Assembly (NCBI GenBank): GCA_976551045.1
Contig: CDPCPM010000280.1
Location: 1,860,001 to 1,924,000 of the forward strand
From: Glaucostegus cemiculus
Lineage: Eukaryota
Direction of reading: 5' to 3'
Length of the DNA: 64,000 nucleotides
The first letter of the stretch is position 1, and each line of letters starts with the position of its first letter. Of the stretch, positions 23,883 through 34,585 are shown one piece after another. The notes under the pieces were generated by a model that was not told the origin of the DNA, did no database searches, and was given only the letters and a program-made list of their open reading frames with translations. Both the position numbers and the translations under genes were made by a program.

Positions 23883-25630
23883 CTACAAAGCCAAGAGCAG
23901 AAAGTTCAGTTAAGTGGAAAATTACGACACTTTGCATTTTGTAAGGTTGGTTTTCTAGTGTGACCTCTCTTTCTCTTCAAATTCTTATCTTAAAAACTTA
24001 GGACTGACACAAAGATAACTTCTTCCCATGTTAATCACATGTGTTAGTCATGATTCAGATGACAATTTCCTTGCTCTTTTCAATTTTGCAATGGCCTGGA
24101 GTATAGTCATTACACTGCAACTTGCTGACATGAGTGGCATACAATCTAAAAGAGCTTTTATGTTGAAAAGGAGGCTCAAAGCAGTGGTTAAAGACGAGAC
24201 CCAAGATGTACAAGTGCTGCTCTCTGCTTTATCTTGGCCTGTGTGTGACAGGTGAACCAATAAGCTTAGAATTAGTTTTCCAACCTAACCAGTCCTGTTC
24301 TTGAAATCCATGAAAAGTTGGATCCTAACTATTATGGAGTTTGATTTTCTTTCTGAGAGACGCCAGGAGTCTGACTAAATTAATATATTTCCTTCTGATT
24401 ACAGTAGTCAATGAGTGGCTGTATTTCACCCAATAAGTTGGTGTCCTTATTCCATTCATTGTCAAGGTGATTTACAGAACAACCAACTTTCCTTCTCAGT
24501 CATATGAAATGATCTGACAAAAGGCACATATCTAAAGGCAACACCTCAACCAGTAGCCACAGGAAATCCTTCACTTTCTGATAACATCATTTCCCAAACA
24601 AAGCAGTACGGACTCAAGAACTGGATAGATTGGCCAAAACCAGTGCTTAGGGATCACACATCATGGTAGTTCCAATATGTTAATATTTCAGTTGAAGGTC
24701 CCATTCACTATACTGAACACATCAATAAATAGATGCTGTGGTTCCTCTGGAGGTATTATATGCATTGACAAGACGAACGTCACTTAAGGTGCTGCCAATT
24801 ATGCTTCTTGGCTGTCGCCACACTGAGGGGGTTCAGGCCAGTGTGGCATTTCTTCTGCTCGATGACCACTCAAGCTAAGGCAGAAAGAAAGCAGCAGACT
24901 ATATGGTTATATTCTCTGTCGCTTGAGCTCAATGAAAGAGCTATCCAACTAGTTCCAATCCCCTACCCTTACATAAAAGCTCCTCAGATATTTTTTTCCC
25001 TTTAGAGAATTTATCCAATTCCCTTTTGAAAATTGTTGTTGTCTGCTTCCAGTTGCCTTTTAGGCTTCATTTGGTAGGAGTGGTCTTTTTACAGGTGAAG
25101 ACACGTAGGCTCCTGGCTATTCTTAGCTAACATTATATCTTACTAACATCCAACTATACTAGGAGACTAGTGTGGACAGGTGGGCAAGTGGAGAAAAGTG
25201 AGATACTTGCCAGTTGCAAGTCAGTACATGGTGAGTGTGCATTTGTGATGACAGCGGGTAACTCAATAACGTCACAATGCTGAGGTGGGGGCCTCTTCTG
25301 CAATCCTTTCACATTTCAGCCAAGCTGGAATTCATGTTTGAGGAGCTCTGATAATTAACAATGCCTTCTTCACAGAAATGCGGTCCTTGCTCATTAACCG
25401 TTAGGGCTACAAATTTGGAACTACCATAAACCAAGCTTCCAAGGTGGAGCATGAAAATATAACTTTAATATTTACTATCATCAACATACTGCACTTGACA
25501 TAATTGATGCTTTATATCAGTTAATGTAGGTGCACCAGATTTGCTAACTTGATCTATTTTTTCTGTCATTAAATACAATTTTTTTTACTTGTTATTCATG
25601 GCATCTTACAAGTAGTATCCCTCTCCTTAC

Positions 25631-25929
25631 CTGCTGCAAACTGCGCTTAGCTTGTAAAGCAGCGTTCAGTTTTTCCTCTTGCTTTACTCGCATCTTTATG
25701 ATTTCATGTAAGAATTTCTCCTTGGCCTCTTTGGTGTCAATCCCAATGTCCAAGGCCTGTCTTAACTGTTCTAGCTCCACTTCCAATCCACTGTTGTGTG
25801 TCTCTGTGTGGCTGAAAGTCTCGTGGGTTCCACTGGATGCAATTTGGACCCCAGGTGAGCTCAAATCCTTAGCTGATGAACCAGATGAGGTGAAGGAAGG
25901 AGAAGAAAGTGAAGATAATGATGATGTGA
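25631..25929 (-). CDS. SKI: SKI coding exon equivalent to human exon 5 (299 bp, phase 1-0): (F)[26 protein letters not shown]...[53 protein letters not shown]
   Basis: Inside ORF 25592..25966(-). Near-identical to the SKI Ser-rich and coiled-coil segment. Acceptor tttttctccttcctacag|TC, donor CAG|gtaagg. Confidence 0.97.
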
Positions 25930-26901
25930 CTGTAGGAAGGAGAAAAACATTTGCATTATTACACATACCTGGATAATCCTATTTTACATGCTTTTTCCTT
26001 GTGGTCACTTTTCATTTGGAAAGCTGGATTACTGCCTGGAGGTAATACAGCTGAACCAATCCAGTCTTCACACAATCAATGTCATACACTACATTGTCAA
26101 TGGGTGGCTGACTAAAGTGAGAACCTGTCCCTAGTATTGTGGTGCTAATGCCAAAGAAGTTAATCTGCTATTGCAGGTCCCAGAGCACAAATCTGGAGGG
26201 GAAGGTGTGGAATGAGCCCATTTCCAGAATGGCTGTCAAATGGCATGATTAGGTGCCATAACTTTTCCACCTCTGAGAAGTTTTGACTCTGATGTTAAAC
26301 TGCAGGATACTGGTATCTGGGACACAGAGAACTCTGTAATCTCTGTTACTTTATTAACTGTACCAACTTGCTGAAGGCAAATGAGTTAACACTATCCTCA
26401 ACTAGCAGGGAAAGTGATTCAGATGTACATTATTATCCCCTGATGTTACTTCTAAAGTCCTTGCTTTAGCTTGAGGGCTTATCAGCCCATTTGATTGGGC
26501 AGGTGAACTTTAACTATGAACTGGCTCTAAGACAGTTGAATTTTATCTCTCGCCGAACTCCTTGTGGCACAAATTAAATACTGCCTTGGAAGGAAGGAAA
26601 ACTGTCTGCACTAAAGCCACTTTGTCTTTGTCATTTAAAAAAACTTCCATCACAACAACAGATTACTTACAGATATCAGTAAGGGTACAAATGGCACGCT
26701 CATTCCATTAAGGGATCAGTAGAGTACAACTGCCTCTTATTCAGAGGTATAATTTGCAGGTAACAAATGTAGAAGTGACACATTATTATGTGAAAAGAGA
26801 CTACAATTCTGATTCCTCATGTTGGCAGAAAACCAAGCTCATCAGTGACAATGACAGACCGTTATTTTACATTGAAAAAAAAATAAGCCATGGTTGTTAC
26901 C

Positions 26902-27100
26902 CACAAAGCACTGGAGACACTCAGTGGATCGGGCAGCATCTATAGGGAGAAGTGGACGGTCAACATTTTAGGTCGATATCCTTCATTTGGACTCTGGATG
27001 AAGGGTCTTGATCTGAAACATCAACTGTTCATTTTCCTCCATAGATGCTGCCTGATCCACTGACTTCCTCCAGTGTTTTGTGCGTTGTTCCAGATTGCAG
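26902..27100. mobile_element. Palindromic Penelope-derived element with ~90-bp inverted arms and two decayed hammerhead-like motifs
   Basis: 26902-26991 is an imperfect reverse complement of 26993-27082. The right arm contains ctggatga-agggtcttgatct-gaaa-catc-aactg. Confidence 0.85.
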
Positions 27101-27414
27101 TCACTTGTGTTTCCATGGTTGTTATCCATCCTGACACTCCATGTTAAAGTCCAAACATACTTTCCCTGCAGAGTGGAAGGTTGTGGAGTTTGACCCAGGA
27201 GACTGGTCATAAGAGCTTTCGTGAGTTGGTATGTCTGGAGAAGGACAGACTGGAAGTACAGCATGTCAACCAATCACCTCCGACTCAAGTGCTGTGCTGA
27301 CAGAGGTCTGGAAGTAGTCCATTCATCAGGCTTCTCGATATGGAGAAGAGTCTGGGGTGGTGGGGGAGGCATGGTGAGGAGTTAGTTTATAAGCTATGTG
27401 TAAATTAAACTTAC

Positions 27415-27683
27415 ATCCTTCTCTGCTCTCAACTTCCACCTCAGCATCTGAATCTTTGTCTTCAGAAGGAAACGTGGCAGCAAGGGGAGCAGCTGTTTCC
27501 TGTTCAAGCTCTGATTCTGCAGTTACCCTCCTTTTCCGAGGTCTGTTAACTTCATTTAGAGTCCCGGCGTTCTGTGTGACTGCAGTGGCCAATGGTGACT
27601 GTCGTCCAGTCCTCTGCTGGGGCAGTGGTGTTAGAGCAACGTTTGGTGCCACTGAACTTTCGTAACTTTTGTACGCATAGAAA
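27415..27683 (-). CDS. SKI: SKI coding exon equivalent to human exon 4 (269 bp, phase 2-1): FYAYKSYESSVAPNVALTP...RPRKRRVT...EDKDSDAEVEVESREG
   Basis: Overlaps ORF 27326..27652(-). Contains SKI motifs FY.YKS.E..VAPNVAL, the basic PRKR NLS and EDKDS.AEVEVESRE. Acceptor gctctctccatag|T, donor GGAT|gtaagt. Confidence 0.95.
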
Positions 27684-28250
27684 CTATGGAGAGAGCACAG
27701 AACTATTCAGAACGGAGAGAATATATACCCACCCTCAAAATACAGTGAAATCTTACCTTCCCCAATACAAATTTGGTCATCTATCTTTTTGTATTTTAAA
27801 GCTCAGAATTCCAACCTTAAAGCTGCAAGAACTTCAGATGAGCTTGTCTACAAGGGGTGCACCCATTTGCTGATCAGGAATGCCACAGAATGACAGAGCT
27901 GAGCCAAAGCCACGAACCAAACACAAACAACATTAACAACCTTTCTCAGGGTCTAGGGTTGGAGTGACAATGTGTTCAAATTATATGGAAGCTGCCTTCT
28001 AATTGGTCCTCTGTCCCCCTCCCCTCAAACAGAGGGGCTCACAAACAGCTCATTTCAAATGAAAATATCGTGGTTTCATTCTCCACACAAAACATACTTC
28101 ACTTCTTTGTTATTTAAAGAAACTTACAAACAAATTGTCACACTCACTTAAGACTTTGCTAACATCCATAAAAAGGTTTCTGATTTTGTTCTTAAGAATT
28201 TTACTCTTAATCACATTATATTTAACTTTGAGCACAATCAGATACTCTAC

Positions 28251-28375
28251 CTGTCCCGGGACAGTGCAGGGTGGTGAGTCACAGTTTCTTTTTCAATTGT
28301 TGAAGTGGCTGGTGACCAGGGTCTGAAGGCGGAGAGTCTTTGCTGAGAATGTACACAACTGCTACTTAGAACATT
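28251..28375 (-). CDS. SKI: SKI coding exon equivalent to human exon 3 (125 bp, phase 0-2): [41 protein letters not shown](S)
   Basis: Translated by hand (not in the ORF track). Contains the SKI-family motif [14 protein letters not shown]. Acceptor attttctttgtctag|AAT, donor GACAG|gtagag. The trailing AG joins the T of the next exon to give Ser. Confidence 0.93.
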
Positions 28376-29286
28376 CTAGACAAAGAAAATTATTATTTTT
28401 TCATCATTCTTCATTCCACATAATTTTCCTTGCAATCATTTTGCATTAACTTTTCACCAGCTTGTTTCCCTTCTTAGCCTTTTCTCTCTTCCTCCCTTCT
28501 CTCTGTGTCTTCATGTTTTTAAAGGTGACATGGTTGGGAAGCTGCTTCAGAGGTTCTGACAGACCTTAATGGCCAGTTAATGGACACACATTCCTCAGCA
28601 GCCAGTATTCACATTTGACTGTTGATATTTGACCATGCTGGACACTACAGCCAAATACAAGAGTCTTGTCACCCATGCACACTTATACATGTGCAAAGAC
28701 AAATAAACACCCCTTCAACAGCAGTGACCAGATTGTGACTAGAATCTTGGACAGGTTTGCATCTCCCTATTCCAGAAGCATAGATGCCAGTTGTGGTGCA
28801 CTTGGCAATGCCATGGCCGAAATCAGCCAACTTTGATCTGGGCCTCTCGATCCTCATGGAAACCTGGATTAGATTAGATTAGAGGTTCATTTGTTTAGGG
28901 AGCCCCAGAGGACAGTGGAGTTTCCTTTGCATAATGTTTCTGAAGGAAAAGCAGATTTGACAGAACTTGATCAATGGAAGTCTAAAATACACACTTGTCA
29001 AAAGATAACAGAACTTCATCTAATTACTAAAATAAAACTTACTCCACAGCGTTTCCCCTATTAAGAACCTTCCCCTTCCTCAGACTGTTGCCACATGCTT
29101 TCCTCTCAGTTGGAGCGTGTGTGTCAACTATCCAGCTGCCAGTTCCCCTTCAATTCTACTCAACCTCAATCTGTATTACAGACTTCATTGCAGCCCCAAT
29201 GCTAAATCCATTTCCTGTAATAAAGGCAAAAAATCACTCACTTTTTCCTCTAAGTTATTTGTTTGACTTATTACTGAATGACGTAC

Positions 29287-29415
29287 CTTAGTCCCAGAAG
29301 GAGAGGAAAAGGACCTCCACCATTCAGGCTGTTTCTCCTTCTCACTTGTAGTTGGATGCTCTGAAGTAGTTTCATCTTTCTTGAACTTCTTAAACACTGT
29401 TTGGTCAAAGGGGAC
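29287..29415 (-). CDS. SKI: SKI coding exon equivalent to human exon 2 (129 bp, phase 0-0): VPFDQTVFKKFKKDETTSEHPTTSEKEKQPEWWRSFSSPSGTK
   Basis: Acceptor ctttttttgtctgccttctgtttag|GTC, donor AAG|gtacgt. The peptide resembles the remembered SKI segment V.S(D/E)PP....K.DD..SQSP...EK(D/E)K.SSWLR.L..SSNK. In frame with the next exon. Confidence 0.9.
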
Positions 29416-29734
29416 CTAAACAGAAGGCAGACAAAAAAAGAATAAAGTCAGGATCCTTCCTGATGGTATACAATGCAAATACACTTAACAGAAAAAAGTT
29501 AATTTGATCAGGAACAATGAAAACTAGACTAATAAAACATTTTCCATTAAGTTTCTTTGAGGAGTGTGACTGTAACTTTTGCAAGATCTAAAAATATGGA
29601 TGAATACTGAACCAAACTGGAGAGGCTGAATTTCCAAAGTGATACTTGGGAAGCAAAAGTTTTAAGAGAATCTATAAAAGTAATGAAAATCTGCTCTGAC
29701 GGTACAAGACAATAAATAATATCATGTTCCAATA

Positions 29735-30130
29735 GACACGATGACCAAGAAGGTTGACACCATCCAAGACAAAGCACCCTGCTTGGCTGGTATGCTATAT
29801 GCCACCCTCAACATTCATTCCCTTTAGCACCAATGCATCCTGGCTGCTGTGTGCACCATCTACATAAAGCTCTGATGTTACCCAACTAGACTACTCTGAA
29901 AGCAAACCCATTATCTTTAGCACCAAGGAAGATTAGCACAGCAGGCACATGGGAACACGTGCTGAAGGTTCCTCTCTAAGTTTCATGCCTTCCTCACTTG
30001 CATATCGATGTTCCTTCATTGTCAATGGGTTTAATTCCTTGAACTTCCTTCCCAACAGCAATGGGGAGCACCTTCACCAGAAAGATGATTCAGAAGGCAG
30101 TCACCTTCAAAGGCAATTTGGGATAAGCAC
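29735..30130 (+). mobile_element. LINE 3' fragment (second family)
   Basis: gaaggttgacaccatccaagacaaagca matches ccttgacatcattcaggataaagcagcc at ~57230, the end of the RT-bearing copy. Confidence 0.75.
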
Positions 30131-30469
30131 TTCACTGACAGCTATGTCTCAAAAAAAGAACAATAAAATGTTCTCAAAATGTGAATGGCCCTTTATTTGA
30201 GGCAATGAGGCAAACTGTTAATGTGAGAGAAAGATTAGAAAAAGAACTTTCCTAAAGGTCCATTCAGTGAGTAGTTTCCAAGCCAACTGATTTTGACTGG
30301 GACAACACTGGGGGAATTGTGATTCAGGGTAATACCCCTGGGATACAAAAAATAAAGATGATATTATGCCATAATTTGTTCCAGTGACATCCACTGGTAA
30401 ACATGCATAACAGTTATAAGTTACAAATCAACAGAAGTAAAATTCCACTCAAAATGTGAAATAAAACAT

Positions 30470-30582
30470 GAAATAAAAAATAGAAAATGCTGGAAAAACT
30501 CAGCGGGTCAGATGCCATTCTTGGACACAGGAAAACAGCTACTGTTTCAAGATCTTTCATCAGCATTTTCTGATTTTATTGC
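30470..30582 (-). mobile_element. Penelope-derived short element with hammerhead-like core
   Basis: gaaaatgctggaaaaactcagcgggtca arm; minus strand of ~30536-30563 reads CTGATGA-AAGATCTT-GAAA-CAGTA-GCTG. Confidence 0.65.
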
Positions 30583-33500
30583 TAACTCCCTATATGTGGC
30601 TGTAAGGAAACTCAATGGAATAGGCCTTCAAAGTTCAGGCACTGGGCTGGAATGGAGGGAACCACTGATGTTCAACCTCTCGCCTGGTCCTGCAGCAGAG
30701 TGAGGCTTCACTCTGTCACTGGACTCCATGTGGAGCCCAAAACTGCAGACCTGCCTTATTGGAATTCCCAACATTATGCTGGGAAGTCCACTTCCCTGAT
30801 TCTATGCCAATCGGAGCAAAGATCTCATTCATCTGAATGGAGAACCTGGGCCTTATGATTATGAGGAAAAAGATAACTTAAAATAAGTTTGAAAAATATT
30901 CTTAGTGTTTCAATGCGTCCTTAATTAATTTTATTTACTTTTGAAACAAAATTTTAAATCACTGCAATTTTATTAGTTTTTTTTTATATGTCTCTGCACA
31001 TCAGGGAATTTGTAGCCCATTCTTCCAGAAGGTGATGCCCTGCCCTACTTTGCCAAAGGGTGTTCTGGATGGAAGCTGTGTGAGACCTACTCATTGTTCC
31101 AGATGCTGCCTGGGTCTGGATGGTTATCAGCTCAGTCAGACCTCTGTGTGCAACCAGGAGAGCCTGGGTGGTGAGACAAATCCAGTACCAATGCTCCATT
31201 GTGCTATGCATCAGAAATAAAGGAGGGTGTTTTCTACACTGCATGCTAACTGTGCAAATAACTCTTGGTCTTTAAAGGGTTAAATCAAAAGAAATATTTT
31301 GTTGACTTTTGTGCTGCTCCTTCATGCAAACAAGGCTCAGGAGTCACAACAATAACTTGTCAGGCAGAGCATTTTCAGATAGAGCTACAATTCTTGCTGT
31401 TCAATTTGCAACAAAGTGAAAAAACAGAAACTTAATCTGTTTGGCAGTTTCTGAAAAACAGCAAAAAGAACTGTGTAATCAAGTCAAACATACTGGAATA
31501 AACAGGGATGTGAGAGGGGCTGGGGGGGTGGGGGGGATGTCGGGCGGTGGGAGGATAAGCCTCTCCACTCCCTCGAAGCAGCAAGACAGTGCAACCGCGT
31601 TCTTCCCTCTGAAAGTCAACTCGTCACCAATCTCAGAGCCTGCAGCTGTACTATACGTTGGGTCAATTGCCAAATAATGCTTTGTCTACCCTGTGAATTG
31701 CAAGACATGGCACGTAAATTACCCTGATGCAATGCAGAGCCCCCAGCCTGCAAAGATTTGATCAACAACAGGACTGTGTCTGGAACAGCAGTGATGATAG
31801 CACCAGTTAGGTATTTGGCAAATGCCCCTCCATTTCTGAAAACCTCTCAGTTGGGGGTTCCAACACTAAAACCACAACAGGTGACAATGCCAAAGGGAGG
31901 CTGTTATTCTTCTGTCAGCACACAGAACATTTTGTTCGGACAAGACATCAATTTTAGGCTCGCAGTGAATGCTGGAAAAACTGCTAGAACACGGCCTCTT
32001 CTGTGGGTCAAGTGTGAAACAGACGCAGTGAGCCAAAAATCTTGTATTCTGCAAATCAGTAACCCTTTGTGGGACAGAGCAACATTTCTGAAGATATTTT
32101 GAAAAGAATTCAGATACTGATTAATAGAATTCACCTGGAATCCCAGCCTCATTTAATAACTAAATCTTTATCAGACACATTGGAACAAAAACACACATTT
32201 TAAATATGGATCCATGAAACTATTAAGAATCAGCCAGTGTTTTTTTTCAGCAAAAGCTTGCGGTGTGCTATCTTTGTAATAGTTTTTGGGATGCAATTGT
32301 TGATGCACATTACTAAATGTCCTGAAAAAGTGGTGGCTTGATAGACTCACTGGGAGGGCAGTTAAAAGCAATGGGGGGGGGGTGGGGGAGAGGGGATGGG
32401 AATATTACTCAGGCCAGACAATAAGTTTCCTTCCCTGAAGGACATGAGTGAAGCAGATGGGGTTTCTGACAATTTGACAGATTAACAATCACTTGTACTG
32501 ACACCACCTTCTCATTTTGGGCTTTTATTGAAAAAACAGAATTCAAATTCTCGACATGTCCTGATAGGATCTAAACATAGACATTTCTCAAGATTATTAG
32601 TACCAACCCAGTAACGATGCCAGGGTTTGTTGCAACTCTCACATTTACACTCTGCAGGCTGATCGCATTCACTGCCGCTGGAGAAACCTTTTGAGTCATT
32701 TGAGTCCCAACAAGGGAACCAGCCCACAGACAATGCTGGGTGCTCAAGATCATCTGCCAGAGGCCAAGACCCATACCCTCCCAAATCAAGCGCTGTGGAA
32801 GGCCAGAGTTTCGACACAATAACAAGGTCACGCAAGGCCTCGGGAAATTCAGCATTCCCACCAACAGCCGGCAGAACCTTGCATTGTCAGGGGCAGCCAC
32901 CAGAGAGCCCAGGCTAATCCCAGCAGGCAAGCGAGGAAGCAGAATGTGCTCCACCTGGTGAATGAACCTTCAGAAAAAGTGAGGCACTTTGCTGTAAGTC
33001 CTCTCCCTCCTCCTTCACCGAGGCCAAGCACCAATGACCAAATGGCTTTGCCCCATCTCCTTTCATCAATCAAGATGCTGAATGGCCTTGCTAAACAAAG
33101 ACAACTTATTGCAGAAATTTAAGTGTTTGTTTGTCCAAATAAATATAAAGGCAGTATAGTTTGTGCACATTCCTCATGTACACAGGCCACACCACACTTG
33201 GTTCAATGTTATTTACACAATAACTGCCAGGAATTTTGGGTATAGAGAGTTACTGAGCAAAACCCAGTTTAAGCAAAGCATCAACAGTTTGAGTTGATGC
33301 TAATCTGAGTGCACCCGAAGTCTGACTTTGGTTGGCAAAATCATGGGGTTCAAATATAAAAGAAATGCACCTACATTTCTGAGGATATGAGAGCAGATTA
33401 CAGCTGGTTTCAATGAAAACAGCTAAGTTTGGAATGCTGTGAAATTTTGGATTGGTATCACACACATACCCCTATCCTACTGGGAAGCTGTTCAGGATAT

Positions 33501-34363
33501 TCAGTAATCACAAATGGCCAATCAACTCTTTCTAGCATAGCAATCCGTGCTTTGAACAACTCCCACTGAAAGAAAGATGAATAATGGAGAAATCAATGAA
33601 GCATTATCTTTATTACAGGGAGGACAGCTTGGGGGGAAATGTTTGTCACTAACAAACCTTGCAAAGGCGCTTCGCTATGTAATAGAGCAAACTGCATGAT
33701 GGTGTTGGTGTTTGGCAAGTAAACATATCGTACGTAAAACATCCTTCAACAAAGACATTTCCTCCTTAACTAAAATCGAATTGAATTGATGACTAACCAA
33801 TCAGATTTCTTTGAGATGGGATTATTCTGTGGCTCAGGAGAAGTAGGAAAACAGAGAGCTCTGTGCACCGAACAATTAAAACACTCATCCTATCTCAGTA
33901 CTCCACTTGAGCAGCAACTCATCAGAATAAGTTCCATCAGCTCAAAAACCAGAGAACATTGCATTTCTACATTAGAGCAGTTCATTGGCAGGCATTATCT
34001 TAGAGTTGCTTTGTAAGTGGCATTTCTAAAAATGCTTTCAGATGAAAGGATTTGTTGTGTGAGTCCGCCGAGCTAAATCTGACCCCGGATAAAGGCTATT
34101 ATTATAGTGCAGAGGAACAACCAAGGGTCTCTGGCAGAATCAGTGACCCGTGCATTGCAAGGTTAGTGGCCCACTCTTTTTCTTTCTCCAATATGCAGCT
34201 CAAAGTTGGAGGAAAAACAAGTCAGCAGAAGTAACTGTCCAAGAAGAAAATAAGACGAACTGCCTGCTTTTCAAGCAGCACTGGATTCTCCCTTCTCATA
34301 TCTGGATAGCTCTCTTTCCCTGCCACATCCAGTCCTCGCGATCCTCTCCAGGATTTCTCATAC

Positions 34364-34585
34364 CCCCAGCATCCCATCAACATTAAAACATTCTCTATTC
34401 CTCTTTAGAATGCTTTTGCCCGGGTTAAAGTTCAATCCACAGTTTTCACTGAGTGAAAAGTTGACTGGCTCAGGCTTAAATGCGCCACTGTCATTCGGAG
34501 TTCTGCCCTGCAAGACACTGTTCAAAGTCTGTAAACAAGCGGCCTGTACAATGATGTCATCGTTGATGTGATGACATGTTTGCAT
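34364..34585 (-). CDS. Candidate additional (cassette or alternative first coding) SKI exon, 222 bp, phase 0-0, 74 aa MQTCHHINDD...FNVDGMLG
   Basis: A long pyrimidine tract and CAG (ctgtttttccttttgatttttaaaactttgcccag) lie directly before ATG. The frame is open for 74 codons and ends at a donor-like GGG|gtatga. Same strand as SKI, and the phase is compatible with the exon at 29415. No transcript evidence. Confidence 0.5.
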
